Below, piece by piece: positions 56,675 through 64,000 of a DNA stretch of 64,000 nt. The DNA comes from an uncultured Actinomycetes bacterium. Its GTDB lineage: Bacteria; Actinomycetota; Thermoleophilia; Gaiellales; F1-60-MAGs149. The notes under the pieces were generated by a model. The model was given only the letters and a program-made list of their open reading frames with translations, was not told the origin of the DNA and ran no database searches. Both the position numbers and the translations under genes were made by a program. The stretch lies in NCBI GenBank assembly GCA_963779685.1, contig CAVZZG010000001.1, positions 1,179,458 through 1,243,457 of the forward strand, given 5' to 3'. Within the stretch, counting starts at the first letter, position 1. Every line of letters starts with the position of its first letter.

Positions 56675-56983
56675 GTGGCCCAGCAGAAGATCCGCATCCG
56701 CCTCAAGGGCTACGACCACGCGCAGCTCGACCAGTCTGCGAGCCAGATCGTGGAGACTGCCACCCGGACCGGGGCCACCATCTCCGGTCCGGTGCCGCTG
56801 CCCACCGAGCGCAGGATCTTCTGCGTGATCCGCGGGCCGTTCAAGGACAAGGACTCGCGCGAGCACTTCGAGATCCGCACCCACAAGCGGCTCATCGACA
56901 TCCATCAGCCGACCCCGAAGACGGTCGACGCGCTCATGCGCCTCGACCTGCCGGCGGGCGTCGACATCGAGATCAAGCTCTGA
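56675..56983 (+). CDS. rpsJ: 30S ribosomal protein S10
   Basis: GTG 56675 gives [15 protein letters not shown]. Only 5 nt after the tuf stop. Confidence 0.95.
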   Translation: MAQQKIRIRLKGYDHAQLDQSASQIVETATRTGATISGPVPLPTERRIFCVIRGPFKDKDSREHFEIRTHKRLIDIHQPTPKTVDALMRLDLPAGVDIEIKL

Positions 56984-56987
56984 TGCA

Positions 56988-57602
56988 ATGAAGGCGATCA
57001 TCGGCAAGAAGGTGGGCATGACCCAGCTGTTCACGGAGGACGGCGCAGTTGTCGCCGTCACCGTGATCGAGGCTGGTCCGTGCCCCGTGGTGCAGGTCAA
57101 GAGCACCTCCTCGGACGGCTACGACGCGGTCCAGCTGGCCTTCGCGCCGGCCAAGGAGAAGCACATCACCCGCCCCGAGATCGGTCACCTGGCTCGGGCG
57201 GGCGTCAGCCCGCACCGGCACCTGAAGGAGTTCCGGGGCGTGTCGGAGCTGGCGGTCGGCGACACCGTCACGGTCGACACGTTCGCTCCGGGAGACCACG
57301 TCAAGATCACGGGCACCTCGCGCGGCAAGGGCTTCGCCGGCACCGTCAAGCGCCACAACTTCGGGCGCGGGCCGGTCACCCACGGCTCCCACAACGTCCG
57401 CAAGCCGGGCTCGATCGGGCAGTCCGCGTGGCCCTCGCGGGTCTGGAAGGGCATGCGCATGTCCGGCCACATGGGCGACGCCACGATCACCCAGCGGGGC
57501 CTCTTCGTCATCGACCGCGACGCGGCCAAGAACCTGCTGCTCGTCTCGGGTTCCGTGCCCGGCGCGCCCGGCAGCCTCGTCTACGTGCGGATGGAGAGCT
57601 GA
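56988..57602 (+). CDS. rplC: 50S ribosomal protein L3
   Basis: GKKVGMTQLF...GKGFAGTVKRHNF. Confidence 0.97.
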   Translation: MKAIIGKKVGMTQLFTEDGAVVAVTVIEAGPCPVVQVKSTSSDGYDAVQLAFAPAKEKHITRPEIGHLARAGVSPHRHLKEFRGVSELAVGDTVTVDTFAPGDHVKITGTSRGKGFAGTVKRHNFGRGPVTHGSHNVRKPGSIGQSAWPSRVWKGMRMSGHMGDATITQRGLFVIDRDAAKNLLLVSGSVPGAPGSLVYVRMES

Positions 57603-57603
57603 C

Positions 57604-58350
57604 ATGGCGCTGAGCGCCCCCATCGTCGGCGGCAAGGGCAAGGCCGACCTGCGCGAGGACGTGTTCGGCGTCGAGCCCGCAGAGTCGCTCCTGCACGAGG
57701 TCGTGAAGGCCGAGCAGGCCTCCGTCCGCCAGGGCACGCATTCGACCAAGACGCGCGGCCAGGTCCGCGGCGGCGGCGCCAAGCCGTACCGCCAGAAGGG
57801 CACCGGCCGCGCCCGCCAGGGCACCACCAGCGCGCCGCAGTTCCGCGGCGGCGGCGCGGTCTTCGGACCGCACCCGCGCAACTACGCCGTGAAGGTGAAC
57901 CGCAAGGCGTACCTGAAGGCCTGCCGGATGGCCTACTCCCTGCACGCGTCGGCCGCATCCATCGGCGTGTTCGACGCCGGCAAGGCCTTCGCCAAGCCCC
58001 GCACCAAGGACGCCATCGAGCTGGTCGGCACGTGGCAGGACACCCAGCCGCTGGTCGTGATCCTCGACCTGTCCGAGGAGGCCGCCGAGCTGTCGTTCCG
58101 CAACCTCCCCCGCACCATGGTGCTGACGCCCGAGGAGGTCGGCGTCGTGCCGCTGCTCTGGGCGAACTCGCTGCTCGTGTCGAAGGCTGCGCTGGAGCGC
58201 ATCCACGACCTGCTCGGCTCGCGCGAGACGCCCGTGGTCGAGGAGGAGCCGGCGCCGGCCCCGAAGCGGACCCGCGCGCCCAAGGCCGCGGCTGCGGCCC
58301 CGGCGGCTGCGGAGCCCGAGGAGACCGCGACCGAGGAGGGCGAGGCCTGA
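57604..58350 (+). CDS. rplD: 50S ribosomal protein L4 (Ala/Pro/Glu-rich C-terminal tail)
   Basis: [26 protein letters not shown]. Confidence 0.95.
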   Translation: MALSAPIVGGKGKADLREDVFGVEPAESLLHEVVKAEQASVRQGTHSTKTRGQVRGGGAKPYRQKGTGRARQGTTSAPQFRGGGAVFGPHPRNYAVKVNRKAYLKACRMAYSLHASAASIGVFDAGKAFAKPRTKDAIELVGTWQDTQPLVVILDLSEEAAELSFRNLPRTMVLTPEEVGVVPLLWANSLLVSKAALERIHDLLGSRETPVVEEEPAPAPKRTRAPKAAAAAPAAAEPEETATEEGEA

Positions 58351-58661
58351 TGGGCTCGACGATGTCCGACCCCCGCGACGTCATCATCGCGCCGGTCATC
58401 TCGGAGAAGAGCTACTCGCTCATGCCCGAGGCCCAGTACACGTTCCGCGTCCACCCGGACGCGCACAAGACGCAGATCCGCCAGGCGGTGGAGCAGATCT
58501 GGGGCGTCCAGGTCGTGGGCGTGCGGACCATCACGGTCAAGCCCAAGCCGTTCCGCAGCCGGCGCGGCCGTGCGTTCGGCCGGCACCCCGGCTGGAAGAA
58601 GGCCGTCGTCCGGCTCGCCGAAGGGCAGACCATCGGCCTGTTCGAAGGGATGGGCATCTGA
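58350..58661 (+). CDS. rplW: 50S ribosomal protein L23
   Basis: [11 protein letters not shown]...[29 protein letters not shown] overlap with rplD. Confidence 0.93.
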   Translation: MGSTMSDPRDVIIAPVISEKSYSLMPEAQYTFRVHPDAHKTQIRQAVEQIWGVQVVGVRTITVKPKPFRSRRGRAFGRHPGWKKAVVRLAEGQTIGLFEGMGI

Positions 58662-59500
58662 TGGGCGTCCGCAGCTACAAGCCGACGTCCCCGGGGCGCC
58701 GGTTCATGACCGTCTCGGACTTCGCCGAGGTGACCCGGTCGACGCCGGAGAAGTCGCTGCTGGCGCCGCTGCATCGGCACGGCGGGCGCAACGTCAACGG
58801 GCGCATCACCACGCGCCATCAGGGCGGCGGTCACAAGCGCCGGTTCCGCATCATCGACTTCAAGCGCACCAAGGACGGCGTGCCCGCCAAGGTCGCGAGC
58901 ATCGAGTACGACCCGAACCGCTCCGGCCGGATCGCGCTTCTCCACTACGCCGACGGCGCCAAGGCGTACATCCTGGCTCCGCACAAGCTCGAGGTCGGGG
59001 CGACGATCATGTCGGGCCCCGAGGCGGACATCCGCCCCGGGAACGCCCTGCCGCTCTCCGTCATCCCGGTCGGCACGACGGTGCACGCCATCGAGCTGCG
59101 GCCCGGTCAGGGCGCGCGCATGTGCCGGTCTGCCGGCACCAGCGCACAGCTCGTCGCGAAGGAGGGGGGCAAGGCGCTGCTGCGGCTCCCGTCCGGCGAG
59201 CTCCGCCGCGTGCTGGAGACGTGCCGCGCAACGATCGGCCTGGTGTCGAACCCGACCCACGGCAACGAGTCGGGCGGCAAGGCGGGACGCTCGCGCTGGC
59301 TCGGCCAGCGCCCCGGCGTCCGCGGCACGGCCATGAACCCGGTCGATCACCCGCACGGTGGCGGCGAGGGCAAGAACAAGGGCTCGCATCCCGTGAGCCC
59401 CTGGGGCAAGCCGACGCTGGGCCGGCGTACCCGTAACCCGAAGAAGGCCTCGACCGCGGACGTCGTCCGTGGCCGGCGCCGCGGCAAGGGCAGGAAATAG
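58661..59500 (+). CDS. rplB: 50S ribosomal protein L2
   Basis: [10 protein letters not shown]...[17 protein letters not shown]. Confidence 0.98.
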   Translation: MGVRSYKPTSPGRRFMTVSDFAEVTRSTPEKSLLAPLHRHGGRNVNGRITTRHQGGGHKRRFRIIDFKRTKDGVPAKVASIEYDPNRSGRIALLHYADGAKAYILAPHKLEVGATIMSGPEADIRPGNALPLSVIPVGTTVHAIELRPGQGARMCRSAGTSAQLVAKEGGKALLRLPSGELRRVLETCRATIGLVSNPTHGNESGGKAGRSRWLGQRPGVRGTAMNPVDHPHGGGEGKNKGSHPVSPWGKPTLGRRTRNPKKASTADVVRGRRRGKGRK

Positions 59501-59503
59501 CAG

Positions 59504-59782
59504 ATGAGCCGTAGCTCCAAGAAGGGCCCCTTCGTCAACGACAAGCTGCTCGCGAAGGTCGAGGCGCTCAACGCCGCCCGCGAGAAGCGCATCATCCGCA
59601 CCTGGTCGCGCTCGTCGACCATCTTCCCGACCATGGTCGGGCACACGATCGCGGTCCACGACGGCCGCAAGCACGTGCCCGTCTTCATCTCGGAGTCGAT
59701 GGTCGGCCACAAGCTGGGCGAGTTCGCGCCCACGCGCACCTACCGCGGCCACGCCTCCGATCGACAGTCGAAGCGCAGGTAA
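59504..59782 (+). CDS. rpsS: 30S ribosomal protein S19
   Basis: [10 protein letters not shown]...[17 protein letters not shown]. Confidence 0.98.
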   Translation: MSRSSKKGPFVNDKLLAKVEALNAAREKRIIRTWSRSSTIFPTMVGHTIAVHDGRKHVPVFISESMVGHKLGEFAPTRTYRGHASDRQSKRR

Positions 59783-59784
59783 CC

Positions 59785-60414
59785 ATGGGCCACAGCTATG
59801 CAGACACCGGTCTGGTGCGCGCGCAGGCGCGGTTCGTGCGGTCGTCGGCCCGCAAGGTGCGGGTCGTGCTCGAGCACATCCGCGGCAAGTCGGCCGCCGA
59901 GGCCCGGGTCGTCCTCACGATGTCGACGCGCGACGTCGCGCGCGACATCAAGAAGGTGCTCGACTCGGCCGTCGCCAACGCGACGAACAACCACGGCCTC
60001 GACGAGAACACGCTCGTCATCCACGAGGCGTTCGCGGACGAGGGCATGACCTGGAAGAAGTGGCAGCCTCGCGCCCGCGGCCGCGCCATGCGGATTCGCA
60101 AGCGCACCGCGCACATCACGATCCTCCTGCGAGCGGTCGAGCCGGTGGCGGCTCCCGCGCCCGTGCAGGAGGAGGAGGCGAAGCCGACTCGCCGGCGCGC
60201 CGCCCGCAAGAAGGACGCCGCCGTGGCCGAGACCGTGGCAGCCGAGACGGTCGTCGAGGAGACGCCCGTCGCAGAGGCGGTCGTGGAGGAGACGCCCGCT
60301 GCAGAGGCGGTCGTCGAGGACGCGCCCGCCGTCGAGGAGGCGCCTGCGGAAGCCGCGGCGCCGGCCGAGGAGCCCTCCGCGGAGGGCTCCGAACCCGAAG
60401 GTGAGGAGGCCTGA
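59785..60414 (+). CDS. rplV: 50S ribosomal protein L22 with ~95-aa acidic repetitive C-terminal extension
   Basis: Core [25 protein letters not shown]...[13 protein letters not shown]. Tail of [28 protein letters not shown] repeats. Confidence 0.93.
   Translation: MGHSYADTGLVRAQARFVRSSARKVRVVLEHIRGKSAAEARVVLTMSTRDVARDIKKVLDSAVANATNNHGLDENTLVIHEAFADEGMTWKKWQPRARGRAMRIRKRTAHITILLRAVEPVAAPAPVQEEEAKPTRRRAARKKDAAVAETVAAETVVEETPVAEAVVEETPAAEAVVEDAPAVEEAPAEAAAPAEEPSAEGSEPEGEEA
60244..60333 (+). repeat. 3 x 30-nt tandem repeat inside the rplV tail
   Basis: GAGACGGTCGTCGAGGAGACGCCCGTCGCA / GAGGCGGTCGTGGAGGAGACGCCCGCTGCA / GAGGCGGTCGTCGAGGACGCGCCCGCCGTC. Confidence 0.85.
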
Positions 60415-61343
60415 TGGGGCAGAAGGTGCACCCCGGTGGTCTTCGCGTTGGGATCATCCACGACTGGAAGTCCAACTGGTACACGGAGAAGGACTTCGCC
60501 AAGTACCTGCACGAGGACTTCAAGATCCGCGAGCACATCTACGGCAAGCTCGCCCATGCGGGCCTCTCGGACATCCACATCCGCAAGGACTCGCAGAAGA
60601 TCACCATCGACATCTACACGGCACGGCCGGGCATCGTGATCGGCAAGTCCGGGTCGGAGGTCGACGCGCTGCGCAAGTACATCCATGCGATGACCGGACG
60701 CGCGGTCCAGATCAACATCAACGAGATCAAGCGTCCCGAGCTGGATGCCAAGCTGATGGCGCAGGCCGTCGCCGAGCAGCTCCAGAACCGGGTCGCGTTC
60801 CGCCGCGCCATGAAGCGCTCGCTCGCATCCGCCGTCCGCTCCGGCGCCATGGGCGTGCGGGTGAAGTGCTCGGGCCGTCTCGGCGGTACGGAGATGTCGC
60901 GCTCCGAGCAGTACTCGGAGGGCCGCGTGCCGCTGCACACGCTCCGGGCCGACATCGACTTCGGCTTCGTCGAGGCCAAGACGACCTTCGGCCGGATCGG
61001 CGTCAAGGTCTGGATCAACAAGGGCGAGATCATGCCCGAGGGCTACGAGACGTCCGGCGCCCAGACGCGCCTCGGCGAGGTCGACGCCCGCCGTCGCCGC
61101 GGCGGTGCCCGCGGCGCGATCGAGGAGCTCGGCCCCGCCCGCCAGCAGCGCCGCCCCCGGCAGGGTGGCGGCGGTGGCGGCGACCGGTCGCGATCCGGCC
61201 CGGGTGCCCCCCGCGGCCGCGTCGACTCGCCCGGTGCTGCCGGTCGTCGCGCCCGTCCCCAGTCGGAGCGCCCGGCGGCCGAGCCGCCGGTGGTCGATCC
61301 GACGCCGCCGCAGGACACGCCTGCCGAGGGTGGAGAGGCCTGA
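60414..61343 (+). CDS. rpsC: 30S ribosomal protein S3 with Arg/Gly/Pro-rich C-terminal extension
   Basis: [14 protein letters not shown]...KH and S3-C blocks. 309 aa. Confidence 0.95.
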   Translation: MGQKVHPGGLRVGIIHDWKSNWYTEKDFAKYLHEDFKIREHIYGKLAHAGLSDIHIRKDSQKITIDIYTARPGIVIGKSGSEVDALRKYIHAMTGRAVQININEIKRPELDAKLMAQAVAEQLQNRVAFRRAMKRSLASAVRSGAMGVRVKCSGRLGGTEMSRSEQYSEGRVPLHTLRADIDFGFVEAKTTFGRIGVKVWINKGEIMPEGYETSGAQTRLGEVDARRRRGGARGAIEELGPARQQRRPRQGGGGGGDRSRSGPGAPRGRVDSPGAAGRRARPQSERPAAEPPVVDPTPPQDTPAEGGEA

Positions 61344-61771
61344 TGCTGGTTCCGCGCAGAGTCAAGCACCGCCGCGTCTTCCGCGGCTCCCGGGCAGGTC
61401 TCGCCAAGGCCGGAACGCGCGTCCATTTCGGCGAGTACGGCCTGAAGGCGATGGAGGAGAGCTGGGTCTCCAGCCGTCAGATCGAAGCCGCCCGTATCGC
61501 CATGACCCGCAAGATCAAGCGCGGGGGCAAGGTGTGGATCAACATCTATCCGGACAAGCCGGTCACCAAGAAGCCGCTCGAGACCCGCATGGGTTCCGGC
61601 AAGGGCTCGCCGGAGTTCTGGGTCGCGGTCGTGAAGCCGGGCCGCGTCATGTTCGAGCTGGCCGGCGTGCCCGAGCCTCTGGCGAAGGAAGCCATGCGGC
61701 TGGCGGCCCAGAAGCTGCCGCTGCGATGCAAGATCGTGAAGAGGGAGGCTGATCTCTTTGAGGGCGACTGA
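61343..61771 (+). CDS. rplP: 50S ribosomal protein L16
   Basis: [15 protein letters not shown]...[24 protein letters not shown]. Confidence 0.95.
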   Translation: MLVPRRVKHRRVFRGSRAGLAKAGTRVHFGEYGLKAMEESWVSSRQIEAARIAMTRKIKRGGKVWINIYPDKPVTKKPLETRMGSGKGSPEFWVAVVKPGRVMFELAGVPEPLAKEAMRLAAQKLPLRCKIVKREADLFEGD

Positions 61772-61955
61772 GATCCGGCACCTCTCTTCCGAGGAGCTGT
61801 CCGAGAAGCTCGCGGAGGCCCGCGAGGCACTGTTCAACCTGCGGTTCCAGCACGCCACCGGTCAGCTGGAGAACACCGCTCGCATCAAGGACGTCCGGCG
61901 CGAAATCGCGAGGATGCTGACCGTACAGCGCGATGGCGCCGAGGAGACGAGATAA
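61758..61955 (+). CDS. rpmC: 50S ribosomal protein L29
   Basis: [34 protein letters not shown] start overlaps the rplP end by 14 nt. Confidence 0.9.
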   Translation: MRATEIRHLSSEELSEKLAEAREALFNLRFQHATGQLENTARIKDVRREIARMLTVQRDGAEETR

Positions 61956-61957
61956 CG

Positions 61958-62629
61958 ATGGCTGAGTCGAACGAGCTCGAGCCCGACGCCGTGCCGGCGC
62001 CCGCCGAGGCTGCAGCCGACGCGCCCGCCGCCGAGGACGCTCCGGCCGAGCCTGCCAAGCCGAAGGCGCGCCGTCGCACGGCCAAGGCCGCGGAGCCCGT
62101 CGTCGAGGCTCCGGCCGAGCCCGTGGCCGAGGAGGCCCCCGCCGAGGAGCCGGTCGCCGAGGAGGCTCCGGCCGAGCCCGTGGCCGAGGAGCCTGCCGCC
62201 GAGCAGCCCGTCGCCGAGGAGGCCGCCGCAGAAGCGCCCGCGAAGCCGGCGCCGAAGTCCCGGGCCAAGGCTGCTCCCAAGGCCGCCGCGAAGCCGGCGC
62301 CGAAGAAGGCTGCCCGCAAGGCCGCGCCCGCACCGAAAGAGCGCGGCACGTACGTGCGAACGCCTGCCGGCGAACCGTCTCCCGGGCAGCGCAAGGAGCG
62401 CCGCGGCGTGGTCGTCTCGGACGCGGGCGAGAAGACCATCACGGTCCGCGTCGACGTGATGATCGCGCACCCGAAGTACAAGAAGATCATGCGCCGCTCG
62501 GTCAAGTTGCGGGCACACGACGAGCGCAACGAGGCGCACGTGGGCGACATCGTCCGGATCGAGGAGTGCCGCCCGCTGTCGCGCAGCAAGCGCTGGCGCC
62601 TGATGGAGATCGTCGAGGTGGCGAAGTGA
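61958..62629 (+). CDS. rpsQ: 30S ribosomal protein S17 with ~145-aa low-complexity N-terminal extension
   Basis: Core [42 protein letters not shown]...[19 protein letters not shown] 61958 is 2 nt after the rpmC stop, behind GAGGAG. The extension has coding-type GC3. Confidence 0.88.
   Translation: MAESNELEPDAVPAPAEAAADAPAAEDAPAEPAKPKARRRTAKAAEPVVEAPAEPVAEEAPAEEPVAEEAPAEPVAEEPAAEQPVAEEAAAEAPAKPAPKSRAKAAPKAAAKPAPKKAARKAAPAPKERGTYVRTPAGEPSPGQRKERRGVVVSDAGEKTITVRVDVMIAHPKYKKIMRRSVKLRAHDERNEAHVGDIVRIEECRPLSRSKRWRLMEIVEVAK
62108..62221 (+). repeat. 2 x 57-nt tandem duplication inside the rpsQ N-terminal extension
   Basis: GCTCCGGCCGAGCCCGTGGCCGAGGAG... occurs at 62108 and again at 62165. Both units end GTCGCCGAGGAG and encode APAEPVAEE(A/P)...PVAEE. 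Confidence 0.8.
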
Positions 62630-62994
62630 TCCAGCAGGAATCCCGCCTCAAGGTGGCCGACAACACCGGTGCCCGCGAGCTCCTGTGCATCCGCGTCCGC
62701 GGCGGTTCGCATCGCCGGTACGCGCGGGTCGGCGACGTGATCGTGGCTGCGGTCAAGCAGGCGACGCCGAACGGCACGGTCAAGAAGGGCGAGGTCGTCC
62801 AGGCCGTCGTCGTGCGCACCAAGAAGGCGCACCATCGCAGCGACGGCACCTACATCGCCTTCGACGACAACGCCGCAGTCATCATCGACGCGGCCCAGAA
62901 CCCGCGCGGCACCCGCATCTTCGGGCCGGTCGCGCGCGAACTCCGCGAGAAGAACTTCATGCGTATCGTCTCGCTGGCCCCGGAGGTGCTGTGA
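62626..62994 (+). CDS. rplN: 50S ribosomal protein L14
   Basis: [28 protein letters not shown] overlap with rpsQ. Confidence 0.96.
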   Translation: MIQQESRLKVADNTGARELLCIRVRGGSHRRYARVGDVIVAAVKQATPNGTVKKGEVVQAVVVRTKKAHHRSDGTYIAFDDNAAVIIDAAQNPRGTRIFGPVARELREKNFMRIVSLAPEVL

Positions 62995-63337
62995 TGGCCG
63001 GGCTGAAGATCCGCAAGGGCGACACCGTCGAGATCATCGCGGGCAAGGACCGCGGGTCGCGCGGAACCGTGCTCGAGGCCGATCCCGGTGCGAGCCGCGT
63101 GGTCGTCGAGGGCCGCAACCTTGCGAAGAAGCACTCGCGCCCGCGGCCGGTCCCCGGCACGCGCGGGGCGCAGATGACGCCGGGCGGCGTCATCGAGATC
63201 GAGCTCCCGATCGATGCGTCCAACGTGATGCTCGTCTGCCCCCACTGCCACAAGGCGACGCGCGTCGGGTTCGAGACCATCAAGAGCGGCCAGAAGGTGC
63301 GCAAGTGCAAGAAGTGCTCGTCGCAGATCGAGGTCGC

Positions 63338-63341
<4 letters not shown>
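62994..63341 (+). CDS. rplX: 50S ribosomal protein L24 (C-terminal CxxC...CxxC)
   Basis: [25 protein letters not shown] motif. C-terminus [29 protein letters not shown]. Confidence 0.95.
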
Positions 63342-63901
<560 letters not shown>

Positions 63902-63906
63902 CAGAC

Positions 63907-64000
63907 ATGGCGAAGACATCGCTTCGGGTCAAGGCCGCACGGCCGTCCAAGTACCGGACGCGTGGCTACCACCGCTGCCAGCGGTGCGGCCGGTCGCGGT
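63907..64000 (+). CDS. rpsN: 30S ribosomal protein S14 (type Z, Zn-ribbon form), 3' end outside window
   Basis: [31 protein letters not shown]... The first CxxC is visible before the window ends. Confidence 0.9.
   Translation, partial: MAKTSLRVKAARPSKYRTRGYHRCQRCGRSR

Overview
Very GC-rich, actinobacterial-type chromosomal segment; third codon positions are almost uniformly G/C. That bias produces many long spurious antisense ORFs in the six-frame track. All calls below rest on reading the translations for known motifs and on start/stop geometry. No database search was possible.

Layout:
- 1-25.6 kb: housekeeping and accessory genes.
  - Partial MFS transporter.
  - SQR-like flavoprotein + TusE-type DsrC homolog + DsrE-like sulfur-relay trio.
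  - Two tandem paralogous multi-TM proteins.
  - XRE regulator + GNAT/NDP-forming acyl-CoA-synthetase-type protein acetyltransferase.
  - livKHMGF-type ABC operon.
  - MmgE/PrpD protein, cupin, MqnB-like nucleosidase, queF, a BNR propeller, a TIM-barrel isomerase.
  - A minus-strand unit: orphan LeuA C-terminal domain - cystathionine beta-synthase - cystathionine gamma-lyase/synthase - GNAT.
  - One tRNA(CAU).
  - A PilZ / ECF sigma / anti-sigma trio.
- 25.6-64 kb: the transcription/translation core.
  - rpmG-secE-nusG-rplKA, rplJL, rpoBC.
  - rpsL-rpsG-fusA-tuf, joined with only a 5-nt gap to the S10 operon, then the start of the spc operon (cut at rpsN by the window end).

The core is interrupted twice:
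- A NIPSNAP-like gene plus an HTH/PIN toxin-antitoxin pair sits between rplL and rpoB.
- A ~13.4-kb accessory block sits between rpoC and rpsL. It holds an HD-GYP phosphodiesterase, dehydrogenases, a Pot-like ABC operon, a TetR regulator, a split glutamate-synthase-like GlxBCD/MgsABC trio and an SDR.

Most notable observations:
- RpoC is 1647 aa and carries two large insertions.
- Three conserved genes appear broken by single-base indels.
- An orphan LeuA regulatory-domain ORF abuts the tRNA.
- A 19-nt perfect inverted repeat plus degenerate copies brackets a ~250-bp non-coding spacer.
- Several ribosomal proteins carry unusually long low-complexity extensions encoded by tandem DNA repeats.

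No rRNA, CRISPR array, transposase or integrase was seen. I did not find a convincing wholly novel multi-gene system. The candidates are ranked in the findings with modest scores.
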